Below are positions 30,374 through 40,900 of a stretch of 64,000 nucleotides of DNA, piece by piece. The notes beneath the pieces were generated by a model. That model saw only the letters and a list, made by a program, of their open reading frames with translations, did not search any database and was not told the DNA's origin. The stretch comes from Candidatus Omnitrophota bacterium (GTDB lineage: Bacteria > Omnitrophota > Gorgyraeia > Zapsychrales > JANLHA01): positions 72,189 to 136,188 of the forward strand of contig JAKQKX010000090.1 of NCBI GenBank assembly GCA_029560465.1, given 5' to 3'. Every line of letters starts with the position of its first letter. Position 1 is the stretch's first letter. Made by a program: the position numbers and the translations under genes.

Positions 30374-32193
30374 TTTCCGTTCTTTTCTATAGATTCAATC
30401 ATCTCCGTGACTCTGGCAAAGCTCCCGGCCATCTGTTCCCTGCGCGGCTGAACCAAAGCGTACCGGACGCTCTCGCATTCCGCATAAAACGCCCGGACCT
30501 GTTCAAGGACCGTTTCCGCGGCCTTTTTCTCCTTCAGGACGTTAAGAACGACGTCCATCGACACCGCCCCTCCCGGGATATGAAATGTGTTGCTGAAATA
30601 ATTCTGCACGGTCTTAAACAACATATCGTAAAACTGCCGGCTGTCACCCTGCGCCATAAAACCCTGGGCCTCTTTGAGCCCCGCCCTCGCCACGCGGGGG
30701 GCGTGAAACCGCCGGGCAAAACGGGTATCCGTCGCCAGTTTCCGGTGAAAATGATAATAGCCATATAAACCGCTCCAGGTCAGGACAAGGACAACGGCCA
30801 GCACCCAGAAGCCTGGACGCTGAAAAAGAAACAAGCGGTCCCTGGGATAAAACGGGCCGGGCCGGTCTTTGATAAAAAGGATATCCTGGCCGAGGGTTTC
30901 CGGCTCAATCGAATATTGCCCCGGAACCGCGCCCAGCCCCACGATCTTAAGCTGCTCGCCCTCTTTAAGCTTGGAAATCGTTAGCGGAAACGGGCCGCGA
31001 GTGACCGTTTTGTACTGACGGCTTCCTGTGTCAAAATAAGAAAAACTCACCGCGGGAAACGCCTTGATATTTTCGGAAGTCGGCACCGCCACCTGCTCGA
31101 TGGACTTACTGTTCGCATTCTCCGTGGACTGGGGTTCGTAGAACTTAAAAGCGCCCTCCCCGCCCAGCGCCGGCATCTGAACCGCGTCAGGGTTCCCGGG
31201 CCCGGTCACCGTCATGCGCACGGTGAGCGGATCGCCCACCTTAAGTTCCGTCGGGGTGACAGTGGCGTCGAAATCATACGGGCCCACCGCCCCCGAAAAA
31301 TCTTTCGGCCGGCCCTCTTCCGGCAGCGGCAGGACCGGGATTCTCAAGTCCGCCGACTTGACCGAAATGGTCTGCTGATCGTAATCTTCAAACAACCCCC
31401 GGAAAAAACTGTCGTTGAGGAAACCGTCCACACGGCTGAACGGCGAGCGCGCCGCGGGGTTCTTAAACAGGATATCACAGACGATCTCGGCCGGCCCCAA
31501 GGTCAGGGCTCCTGGCCTCGTCGGGTAAACCTGGGCATAGAACGTGATGACGTCGTATTTCAGGCCGCCGAGGATTTCGGTCGACTGCTGAATGTCCTGC
31601 GAACTCTTCAGCGCGAACCCGACATGATCCATCTCCGGATAATGGACATTCCGGACCGACAAATTCTGGATATAAAGTTTCATCGTCACCGGGACCCGCT
31701 CATTGACGTAATATTCCCTCTGCGGCACGGACAAGGTTAAAAATATTTTATCCTGCAGGGAATCCTTGGGGCCGTTGAGACGGTTCTGCCCCGCCGCCGG
31801 GGACGCGGTGACTTCCAAATATATCGGTTCGGTGGAATATGTCTTCCCGTTGACAGCCACGTTCATCGCCGGGATCGTGTAACGGCCTTCGGAAAGCGGA
31901 TAAAGGTTATACTGAAAAGACCGGGAGGCGGAGTATTGGCCGTTGATCAACGTGATGCTGGTGGACGGGCCCAGATAGCGCGATTCCATCCCTTCAATCT
32001 TGGGCAACACCACGGGTTCTACTTTTTGCGCCCCCTGAACCGTGATTTTAAGCTGGCAAAACGATCCAAGCTCAAGGCTCCGGCGGTCCACTTCCGCGGT
32101 GACAGAAACATCATCCGCCGCAGCCGGCCTCCCTGCGCAGGACAACAGCGCGAGGCATATGAAAAACACTTGGCCAATTTTCTTGGAAATCAT
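30370..32193 (-). CDS. batD: BatD family protein
   Basis: Signal peptide, VTAEVDR, PLPEEGRPKDFSGAVG, FSYFD..Y, C-terminal TM helix. Confidence 0.85.
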   Translation of the reverse strand: MISKKIGQVFFICLALLSCAGRPAAADDVSVTAEVDRRSLELGSFCQLKITVQGAQKVEPVVLPKIEGMESRYLGPSTSITLINGQYSASRSFQYNLYPLSEGRYTIPAMNVAVNGKTYSTEPIYLEVTASPAAGQNRLNGPKDSLQDKIFLTLSVPQREYYVNERVPVTMKLYIQNLSVRNVHYPEMDHVGFALKSSQDIQQSTEILGGLKYDVITFYAQVYPTRPGALTLGPAEIVCDILFKNPAARSPFSRVDGFLNDSFFRGLFEDYDQQTISVKSADLRIPVLPLPEEGRPKDFSGAVGPYDFDATVTPTELKVGDPLTVRMTVTGPGNPDAVQMPALGGEGAFKFYEPQSTENANSKSIEQVAVPTSENIKAFPAVSFSYFDTGSRQYKTVTRGPFPLTISKLKEGEQLKIVGLGAVPGQYSIEPETLGQDILFIKDRPGPFYPRDRLFLFQRPGFWVLAVVLVLTWSGLYGYYHFHRKLATDTRFARRFHAPRVARAGLKEAQGFMAQGDSRQFYDMLFKTVQNYFSNTFHIPGGAVSMDVVLNVLKEKKAAETVLEQVRAFYAECESVRYALVQPRREQMAGSFARVTEMIESIEKNGK

Positions 32194-32199
32194 ACAGGA

Positions 32200-33171
32200 T
32201 TACCAATCTTTCTCCACCGGCGCTTCCGCATTGGGCGGAAGGACGGCATTAAAAAACATTTGCGGCTCTTCATTGCTTTGATATCTGTTTAAAAGCATGC
32301 GGGCTTCTTCCGGAGTAAAATACGTGTATTGCTTTTTAGCCTGCGCTTTCCCCTGGCCCGTTTGTGGCGGGGACGCCGAGGCGTCGTCTCCAGAATCCCC
32401 CCCGGAGCCGTCATTTTGCTGCTGCTCTTGCCCCTCCGCCTCGGGAGGGCGTTCTTCCCCCTCCCCGTCACGCTGTCCCCGGCTCCCATCATTCTCTTGC
32501 GAGCCGTTTTGCGGCTGATCGTCCGCTTCCCTGGAGGAGGGGTCCTTGTCTTGAGCGTCCCCGCGGCCGTCCTGATCCTGACTTTTAGAACTCTGGTCTT
32601 GCCCTTCCTGACCGCCCTTTTTCTGCGATTCGCTCTCCTGCTTTTCCTGCTCTTTCTTCAGCCGCTCGAGTTCTTGGCGCGCAATTTCATAATTATAATG
32701 AGCGTCCTCGTCTTTGTCATCTATTTTAAAAGCGTTTTCATAAAAAGTCATTGCCTCTTCCAGGGAAGAAATCGCCTTCTTAAGGTCGGACGGTTCCTGC
32801 TGAAGCCCCAATCGGAAAGACGCGTTCCCCAAATTATAATAAGCCTTCTGGCGAAGGGCGTCCTTTTCCGCAAGCAGGGCTTTCTGCAGATGAATCCGCG
32901 CCTGGTCATAATGATTCGTCTTGTATTGCGCCGTCCCAAGGTTATAATTCATCAACGAAGATTCCGGGTCCCGGCTCAGCGCCTCCTGATACCGCGCGGC
33001 GGCGTCCTCATACTGGCCGTCTTGGTAAAGCGCGTGCCCCAAACGCGTGCTCTTTTGGGGCGACCGGGCCAGGGCACACGGCGACACCGCCATGTTAATC
33101 CCGGCGGCCAGAAGCAGCCATCCGAGGGTCTTCATCCTCGTCCCCGCCCACTCACGCGTCCAATCGGCCAT
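32200..33171 (-). CDS. batC: BatC-like TPR protein with Q/E/D-rich tail
   Basis: YNLGTAQY, YYNLGNA, DAHYNYE, low-complexity linker, terminal EKDW. Confidence 0.8.
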   Translation of the reverse strand: MADWTREWAGTRMKTLGWLLLAAGINMAVSPCALARSPQKSTRLGHALYQDGQYEDAAARYQEALSRDPESSLMNYNLGTAQYKTNHYDQARIHLQKALLAEKDALRQKAYYNLGNASFRLGLQQEPSDLKKAISSLEEAMTFYENAFKIDDKDEDAHYNYEIARQELERLKKEQEKQESESQKKGGQEGQDQSSKSQDQDGRGDAQDKDPSSREADDQPQNGSQENDGSRGQRDGEGEERPPEAEGQEQQQNDGSGGDSGDDASASPPQTGQGKAQAKKQYTYFTPEEARMLLNRYQSNEEPQMFFNAVLPPNAEAPVEKDW

Positions 33172-34174
33172 TGCGGTCCTCTCTCCTTAAAGGCAGAAAA
33201 AATTCCCATAACAAAAAAAACAGCGCGGCTCCGAGAGGGAGCTGAAAACGCTCAAAATAATTTTTCGCCATCGTGGTTTCCAATTCCCGCTTCTCCAAAC
33301 GAGCCAGCTGTTTTTCATAAATCACGTCCAGCCCGAATTCCGCCCCGCTGGCCCGCACATAGACACCGCCGGTCTCAAGCGCGATCCTCTGAAGCAGCTC
33401 CTCATTCAGGCGGGATTTGACAATATTGCCCTGCCCATCCTTGAGGTAACTCGGCTGGCCGAAAATATCGGCGTCTTTGATCAATTCCCCGGATTGTGTC
33501 CCGATCCCGACACAATAAATTTTAACCCCCTTGTCCTTGGCTTCCTTAACAGCCACAAACGGGTCTTCTTCCAGGTTTTCCCCGTCCGTTATGATAATCA
33601 CCGCCTTGTACCGGCTGGGAGTATTGTCGTATTCCCTCAACGCTTCCTGCAGGGCCCGCGCGATATTGGTCCCGCCCCGGGGAATGGTCTTTTTGTCCAA
33701 ATGATCCAGGCTTAACAAAAACCCTCCGTAATCGACGGTCAGCGGGCAGATCAAAAACGCGTCGCCGGAAAAGGCGATTAACCCGACGCGGTCACCCTTC
33801 AACTGCCGCAGGAAATCCCGGACCGCCAGCTTCGCCCGCTCAAGCCGGTTTGGCTTCACATCATCAGCGAGCATGCTGCGGGATGTGTCGATCACCAGCA
33901 GGATATCCAGCCCCTGCCGTTTGATTTCCCGCATTTCATAACCCCACTGCGGCCGGGCTAACGCCACCAGGCTGAATGCAAAAACAGCCAGGAGCAGACC
34001 GTGCTTAAACACGTGCCGTCCCGGGACCAGCGTGGCCGCGAGATCCAGGAATAACTTCTGTTCAGCGAAGCGATCATAACACTTCTGCCGGCGGCGCCGG
34101 GCCAGGCTCAAGAAAGCGGCCAAGAGCACCAGCCCCCAGAGGCCATAAAAAAATTCAGGGAAGACAAAACGCAT
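33152..34174 (-). CDS. batB: BatB VWA-domain protein
   Basis: LARPQWG, MIDAS DTSRSM, PNRLERAK, PLTVDY, ITDGE. Confidence 0.88.
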   Translation of the reverse strand: MRFVFPEFFYGLWGLVLLAAFLSLARRRRQKCYDRFAEQKLFLDLAATLVPGRHVFKHGLLLAVFAFSLVALARPQWGYEMREIKRQGLDILLVIDTSRSMLADDVKPNRLERAKLAVRDFLRQLKGDRVGLIAFSGDAFLICPLTVDYGGFLLSLDHLDKKTIPRGGTNIARALQEALREYDNTPSRYKAVIIITDGENLEEDPFVAVKEAKDKGVKIYCVGIGTQSGELIKDADIFGQPSYLKDGQGNIVKSRLNEELLQRIALETGGVYVRASGAEFGLDVIYEKQLARLEKRELETTMAKNYFERFQLPLGAALFFLLWEFFLPLRREDRNGRLDA

Positions 34175-35170
34175 TTAAGGAATCCTCAGCCAGACCGTAT
34201 GGAATAATAACAACTCGACCCCAAGCAACACCAAGGCCGCCGCCAGGGCATAGGGAAAAAGTTCTTTATAGTCCCGGTAACCCGTTTCTTCAAACGGCGT
34301 CTTTTCCATTTGATCAATTTCTTTGTAAATCTGCCGCAGGGACGCCGTGTCCGTGGCCCGGAAATACTGTCCCCCCGAGACACGGGCCATCTCCCGCAAA
34401 GTGTCCTCATCCACATCCGTGATGACCTGCTGATACCGGGTCCGGCCAAACACATCCTCCACGGGATACGGGGCGTAACCTTTCGTGCCCGCGCCGATCG
34501 TATAAATTCTGACCCCGTACGCCGCAGAAGCGTGAGCCGCCTCCAGCGGGTCAACGGTCCCGGCATTATTGACTCCGTCAGTCAAAAGGATAATGACCTT
34601 ACTTTTAGCGTCACTCTCCCGCAGGCGGATCAGCGCCGTGCTGGTTGCGGATCCGATCGCCGTGCCATCTTTAATCAAGTCAAACTCGATCCGCTTCAGG
34701 TTCTCTTTCAGCCAGACATAATCCTTGGTCAGCGGGCAGACCGTGTAAGCCAGGCCGGAAAAAACCACGAGCCCGATCCGGTCGTGCTGGCGGCCGTCAA
34801 CAAATTCCTCCACCACCTTCTTACTGATCTCCAGCCGGTTGTACCGTTTCCCCAGGAACGAAAAATCCTCGGCAGCCATGCTGCGGGAAGCGTCCAGCGC
34901 CAGCATAATATCAATGCCTTCAAAATGGTACTTCGTCTCTTCCCGCACAGCGCGCGGCCCGGCCAGCGCCACGATGAACAGCCCCACCGTCAAGACCCGA
35001 AGGATAAACAGGACCCCCATAAACCGGGTCTTCCAGCTGCGGGGCAGCGGGAGCAGCAGGTGCCGGGACGGAAAACGCACCGAAGGCGGCCTGGCGTTCC
35101 GGTTCCGCCAGATCATAAACGGCACAACCACCGGAATGAGGATCAAAATCCACGGCGTTTTAAAAATCAT
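34175..35170 (-). CDS. batA: BatA VWA-domain protein
   Basis: LAGP, DASRSM, DGTAIG, LLTDGVNNAG, YFRATD. Confidence 0.9.
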   Translation of the reverse strand: MIFKTPWILILIPVVVPFMIWRNRNARPPSVRFPSRHLLLPLPRSWKTRFMGVLFILRVLTVGLFIVALAGPRAVREETKYHFEGIDIMLALDASRSMAAEDFSFLGKRYNRLEISKKVVEEFVDGRQHDRIGLVVFSGLAYTVCPLTKDYVWLKENLKRIEFDLIKDGTAIGSATSTALIRLRESDAKSKVIILLTDGVNNAGTVDPLEAAHASAAYGVRIYTIGAGTKGYAPYPVEDVFGRTRYQQVITDVDEDTLREMARVSGGQYFRATDTASLRQIYKEIDQMEKTPFEETGYRDYKELFPYALAAALVLLGVELLLFHTVWLRIP

Positions 35171-35239
35171 AATTCTTCCTGATGGTCAATTCTTCCCCAA
35201 TGTTTAAACAAAACCATGTTGTTCATAAACCCGATATAT

Positions 35240-35797
35240 TTATGTCTGCGGCTGCGTGTCCGCAACCAGCTGCCAAACCAGATTCCAACCGCGCTCCATT
35301 TCATGGAGCGACGATGAAAACCTGGCGAACTTCACCATATCGCAACAGGTAAGGAACTCCTGCAAAGACAATTTATGTTGAGCGTTGAGCGCGGGCGCCG
35401 CCTTAAGGTGAGACAAAAATTCCTCGGTGGTCATCTCCGGGGCCCGGATTTGGAAACGCCCTTCCATATACCGGCGGAGGATGTCGGATAATTCCGTATA
35501 AAAACTTTTCACATCCTCCCCGCCGGACAAGCCCGTGTCCTTCAAAGCTCTCAAGCGTTGGAACGCCGTTTCCCAGGGCGGGGAAGCCGGGGGCGGCGGG
35601 GTAACACATCGCGGGGACAACCTGTTGCGCAACACCCACGCCGCCAGTCCTCCCAGAAAAATCAGGAGCACCAACACCGCCCAAATCCCGTTATGCCCAG
35701 GCAAAAGGACCGGCGGCTTAACGTCGCGGATATCGTCAGCCCAGGCCATCGCCGGCACGAAAAAGCCCGAAATCAAAAATAAAAGAAATTCCTGCAT
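35240..35797 (-). CDS. Bat-operon membrane protein (DUF4381-like)
   Basis: DIRDVKPP, TM helix, FYTELSDILRRY, EMTTEE, DMVKFA. Confidence 0.78.
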   Translation of the reverse strand: MQEFLLFLISGFFVPAMAWADDIRDVKPPVLLPGHNGIWAVLVLLIFLGGLAAWVLRNRLSPRCVTPPPPASPPWETAFQRLRALKDTGLSGGEDVKSFYTELSDILRRYMEGRFQIRAPEMTTEEFLSHLKAAPALNAQHKLSLQEFLTCCDMVKFARFSSSLHEMERGWNLVWQLVADTQPQT

Positions 35798-35804
35798 GCC
35801 AACC

Positions 35805-36719
35805 TCACTTCAAGCGCCTGCGCCGCTTTGAAAAAAATTTCACCAACTCCTTGGCGTAAGGGACCCCGGTGGAAACCGGGACATGATCAATCCCGACCGA
35901 GCGGAACAGCTTCTCCCTGGCCCTCCATCTCCGGTCAGCCAGCCCGCGGTATTGGGCTCTAACACCCGCGTTCGTCGTATCCACAATCGCCCGTTCCCCT
36001 GTTTCCGCGTCTTCAAGGGTCAGAAGCCCGCAGTCCGGGAGTTCCGCCTCCCGGCGGTCATTCAGGGTTATGGCAATAACGTCATGCTTTTTATTGGCAA
36101 TGGCGAGCGCCTTTCTAAGGCGGGAGTCGGCTGGGATTTCTTCCCCGGACAGGCATTCCCGGTCCATGAAATCCGAAATCAAAAAGGCCACGCTGCGGCG
36201 GTTCGTCACCTTGCTCAAATATTCCAGCGCCCAGGCGATATCGGTTTTCGCGCTTTGCGGGCGGAAATACAGCACCTCACGGATGACTTTCAGGACGCTT
36301 TTAACCCCTTTCCGGGGAGGCATGAATTTCTCAATCTGGTCCGTGAAAATAATAAGGCCGACTTTATCTTTGTTGCGGATGGCTGAAAACGCCAACACCG
36401 CTGCGATTTCCGCCGCCAGTTTGGCCTTCAGCGCGTTCTCGGAGGCGAAACGGCAGGACAGGGACACGTCCACGCAAATCATGACGGTTAACTCCCGCTC
36501 CTCGACGAACTTTTTGACATGCGCCTTCCCCGTGCGGGCCGTGACGTTCCAATCAATTGTCCGGATGTCGTCCCCCAGCTGATACTCCCGGACTTCATCA
36601 AACTCAATGCCCTGCCCCTTGAACACACTATGGTATTGCCCGGCGAAGATATCATTCACAAGCCGGGACGACGTGATCTGAATACGCCGGACCTTTTGCA
36701 ACAATTCCTTGGGGATCAT
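35805..36719 (-). CDS. DUF58 family protein
   Basis: KGQGIEFDEVREYQLGDDIRTIDWNVTAR, EEREL, ISDF. Confidence 0.92.
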   Translation of the reverse strand: MIPKELLQKVRRIQITSSRLVNDIFAGQYHSVFKGQGIEFDEVREYQLGDDIRTIDWNVTARTGKAHVKKFVEERELTVMICVDVSLSCRFASENALKAKLAAEIAAVLAFSAIRNKDKVGLIIFTDQIEKFMPPRKGVKSVLKVIREVLYFRPQSAKTDIAWALEYLSKVTNRRSVAFLISDFMDRECLSGEEIPADSRLRKALAIANKKHDVIAITLNDRREAELPDCGLLTLEDAETGERAIVDTTNAGVRAQYRGLADRRWRAREKLFRSVGIDHVPVSTGVPYAKELVKFFSKRRRRLK

Positions 36720-36730
36720 GGCCGCTCCCT

Positions 36731-37726
36731 TTAAGGCACTTCAATTTCATCAAATATTTTCTTAATAATGTCTTCGGAAGTCTGCTCTTCGGCTTCGGCT
36801 TCATAGCTGATGATCACGCGATGGCGCAGGACATCCATTCCGATCGTCTTGATATCCTGGGGGGTCACGTAACCCCGCCCCAGCAGAAACGCGTATGCCT
36901 TGGACGCCAAAGCCAGGTTGATGGTCGCGCGCGGAGACGCGCCATATTGGATCAGCCCTTTTAATTCCGGCATATCATACGCTTCGGGGTTGCGGGTGGC
37001 GTCAATAAGGTTAACGATATACTGCTCAATTTTTTCATCCATGTAAATCTCATCGACAACGGATCTGGCCCTGATAATGTCCGCCGGGGTCACAACCTGC
37101 TGGACATGAAACTGCGGATTGGTAAAAGACATCCTCTTGAGGATTTTGAGCTCCTCGCTTTTGTAAGGATATCCGATTCTGACTTTCAGCATGAACCGGT
37201 CGACTTGGGCTTCCGGCAGAGGATAGGTGCCCTCTTGTTCGATGGGATTCTGGGTCGCCAGGACCAAAAACGGATCTTGGAGTTTCAGGGTTTCTTCCCC
37301 GATCGTGATCTGGCGTTCCTGCATAGCCTCCAGAAGGGCGCTCTGGACCTTGGCCGGCGCCCGGTTAATTTCGTCAGCCAGGATAATATTAGCGAACAGC
37401 GGCCCTTTTTTAATGGAAAAATCTCCCGTGCGCTGGTCATAAATAAGCGTGCCGGTCAGGTCCGCGGGCAGCATATCAGGCGTAAACTGCAGCCGCTGGA
37501 ATTTTGTTTGAATCGTTTCCGAAAGGGTCTTCACGGCAGTGGTTTTAGCCAAACCGGGCACCCCTTCAATCAGGATATGCCCGTTGGCGAGCAACCCGAC
37601 AAGCAGCCTCTCCAAGAGATCCCGCTGCCCGATGATCACCTTCCCCACCTCCATCAGGATCGCTTCCACGAAACTGCTTTCTTGCTTCACCTTTTCATTG
37701 ATTGCGGCAATGTTATGATCCGTCAT
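36731..37726 (-). CDS. moxR: MoxR family AAA+ ATPase
   Basis: EGVPGLAKT, QFTPDMLPAD, DEINRAPAKVQSALLEAM, YPLPEAQVDRF; start at ATG 37726 behind GGAGG. Confidence 0.95.
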   Translation of the reverse strand: MTDHNIAAINEKVKQESSFVEAILMEVGKVIIGQRDLLERLLVGLLANGHILIEGVPGLAKTTAVKTLSETIQTKFQRLQFTPDMLPADLTGTLIYDQRTGDFSIKKGPLFANIILADEINRAPAKVQSALLEAMQERQITIGEETLKLQDPFLVLATQNPIEQEGTYPLPEAQVDRFMLKVRIGYPYKSEELKILKRMSFTNPQFHVQQVVTPADIIRARSVVDEIYMDEKIEQYIVNLIDATRNPEAYDMPELKGLIQYGASPRATINLALASKAYAFLLGRGYVTPQDIKTIGMDVLRHRVIISYEAEAEEQTSEDIIKKIFDEIEVP

Positions 37727-37892
37727 AACCTGGCCTCCTCTCACTGATTAAAAAATATGGATACGCTGCTGATCTAAACAGATGGAACCCCCGAGAAGGG
37801 AGTTAAAAACCACGGCCCGTTTTAGGCTGCCCCGCCCGGCCTTAAAGGCCGCGGCTGTCTGGGCGGCGGGGCAGGAATTTCGGCAGGATATT

Positions 37893-37921
37893 ATTTTAAT
37901 AATTCCAACTTTTATTGTCAA
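37893..37921 (-). promoter_or_regulatory. Consensus sigma70 promoter of the moxR-bat operon
   Basis: TTGACA-N17-TAAAAT. Confidence 0.75.
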
Positions 37922-37987
37922 GGGGATGCCCAGAAAAACCGCCAATCCTCTCCGGGATATCTCATGCGCCTTGCCCCGGGATGTCCT

Positions 37988-40900
37988 CTAATCGAGAAAA
38001 ACATCGATGCGCCGGATCTTGTTATCTCTCACGTCCTCGGCATAAGGGGCGGGAATCACTGGCCCTTCAATTTCCACGGAGCCTTTCCGGTTATAATATT
38101 GAAGGGTTATATTCCGGGCAACGGCCGGGTCTCGGCCGAAAGTGCTTTTCATCTTGGGATTATGATAAACCGTCAGCGTATGTCCCCGCAGGTTAAAAGC
38201 AAACGCGTGAGCCGGCAGCGTTTCGGGCTGACCGTCGCCGGGCCCTCCAAACACCTTCGTCGCCGCTTTAGGGCTGAAAAGCCAGGCCGGCAACACAGGC
38301 TTAAGCTCCAGGTTCAATTCCCGGTTGTTGTCCACATAAAACGGCTGGCGGCCAGCGCACATCCAGAGCCACATCTGGATAAATTCCGCGGTGCTCCCCG
38401 ATAACCGGGCCACAAAACCCTGCCCGTGCAGGGACGCGTCCGGATGAGCACTGCTGACGATAAAGGAGCTGTTCTCTAAATGGCTCCGCCCGTATCGTTC
38501 CGGATTCTGAAACGGGATAAGGACATCCCGGAATGTTTCATAAAATTCCTCATACAAACCGTTGCGCAGCAACTCAAGACAATATTTATACTCCATATGA
38601 AGCCAGATCGACTCGTTCTCGAGCCATCCCGGCGGGAAAATCCGCGTGCGGCCGATTTCTTCCGTTTCCCGGGAGAGGTCGGCGTTGACCTTATACATTT
38701 TCAACTTCTTGTCATACAGCGGGCTCCGTCGCAACGCCCGGTACAGCGTCCGGGCATGATCCGGATCAGACTCGACCCGCAGCCAATGGACAAACCCTTC
38801 CAGAAAAAGCGGCAGGGTATGCCGGCGGAAATTAACCGGCATGACATAATGCCAATCCTGATGCGTCTTGTCCAGCAAAGCGTAATCCGTCACCTCATGA
38901 TAGAAATACGTCGGCAGGAGTTCATCCCCGGGGGCCGCCAGGGCCACGCCCCGGTCAACCCGATTGATAACGGCGGACAAGAAAGCGCGGATCTGCCCGA
39001 CCGTTAATTCATGCTCACCGCCCTCGATCCCCTTACGGATCCGTAACCGGTAATGTTCCTTGATATCATGACTCCGGTGCCAAAGCTGCAGCGGATCGTC
39101 TTCCTCGGAAAAAAGGGCCTGAAGTTCCCGGATAAAATTCCCCAGTTCCGCGAAGACCCATAAAGGTTCCCCCTCCCCCAAAAGCAACCGGTCAAAAGCG
39201 TTCTCCAAAAACAGGCAAAGCCGCTTCAGCTCCAGGGTTTCGGAGATCGAGGAGCCGAGCAGGCCGGGAAGCCCATTTAAAGCATCATACCAACTTGGTT
39301 TATCCGCTTCCATTTCAATGCCGATCCCGCTGGGGTCAAAGCTCGCCGCTTTATTCGCGACAAGACAAAGCAATTTAGCGAAAAGGTTTGTGTAATAAAC
39401 ATCCCCCTCCCCGTCCTGAACCCGCAGTTTATACCCTTTCGCGGCGGCGTCAATGTTCTTGATATCGTTATAGACCGCATGATATTGCCGGACGCCTTGA
39501 GGGGTCAAAAGAAACCGCTGCCCCCGGGGCAAAACGTAATGAGTGTTTAAAAAGAAACTGAATCCCTTCTTGTCCCAGAGCAAGGACCGCAGCATTTCCG
39601 GGTAAATGGCCAAATAACTCTCGATCAGGTCCAGGTTATATGTCCAGTGATCGGTCCAGAACCCTTCTCCGTGGTCGGCAAGCTCGTTCTTTTGACAGAG
39701 GCTTAAAATCTCCCCAAGGAACGCGGCTGGCGCGACGGCCAGTTTGATGTCATGATCAACGACCATTTTAAGCAGCTGCCCAGGCTGAAAACTCTGTTCC
39801 AAAAACACCCCCAGTTTTTCAATGTCCTGCCCAGGATTCTTCAGGCATGTTTTTAAAACACCTTTGAGTTTATCCGGCTTGGCGACCGCGTAGGACAGCC
39901 CTTTGACGACTAGGGGATTATAACCGTCCGCCTGGATCAAATTGAGGAACGTGAAAATGTGCGTGTCCTTCACATCCCGGTTAAACCACACGTCGGTCCG
40001 GCGGTTCTGATTGACGTCGCGATAATTGCCGTTCCCCTGCGAGAAATAGCTCGGGGACAAGACAAAATAATTATAATCCCGCTCCGGGTCGCCATGCTTG
40101 CGGCTATAGACATTAAAAACCTCGCTCCCCTCCGCTGTCGGCAAAGAAACCGGCAATCCGCCCCGTAAAACGTTATCCAGGAATGTCTGCCGGACATACT
40201 GATCCAGGTCCGGGGACGCGCTGTGCATCCACACATAGTGCTTGACCTCGTCCACCACGGCCTTATTCTCCAGGGCCTTTTTGTCAACATATCCCGGCGC
40301 CGTCGCCTGGCGCACGATCCGGTTCAGCTGTTTCTCGCTGGACGCGTACCCGGTCAACGCGGTCAAAGTTTTGGCCCGGCCCAACGGCAGGGAAAACGCC
40401 CCGTAACTCATCGCGGAAGGCGTGCGGTTGCTCGTATGCTGCACAGTCGGAATTTTAAATATTTTCCGGTTAAAGAATTCCTGCGGGCAGACATAATCCA
40501 GGTTGGGGCCGAACACCACCGCCGGATCCACGATCGGGTCCAACAAAACCGGCTTCGGCGTGCCTTCGGCAAAGCAAAAATAAAAATGACCTTCCGTGAT
40601 ATGCTGAACCTGCGGTGAATCCGCCACCTCGACATTCAAATGATAATACGGGGCTTTATGCTTGAGGTTATTGACCCTCACCCAGGCTTCCACGGTCCGC
40701 GACATGTTCTTGAGCGCCCAGTCCCTCATCCCATACGGCATAAGAAGCGGCAAGCCGTCCACGCATTCAATCCTCATATTTTTCCGGGACATATTCTCAA
40801 AACAGACCCTTCGAACCAGGGCCGGATAGCTCTCAGAAGCCACCGTGAAATAGTTGACCGTGACGCGCAACCCTAGTCCGGGGTGGACATCTTCGATGGT

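Noticed and set aside
32330-32660. Low-complexity Q/D/G/E stretch in BatC
   Set aside because: A normal disordered linker for BatC-type proteins, not a DNA repeat.
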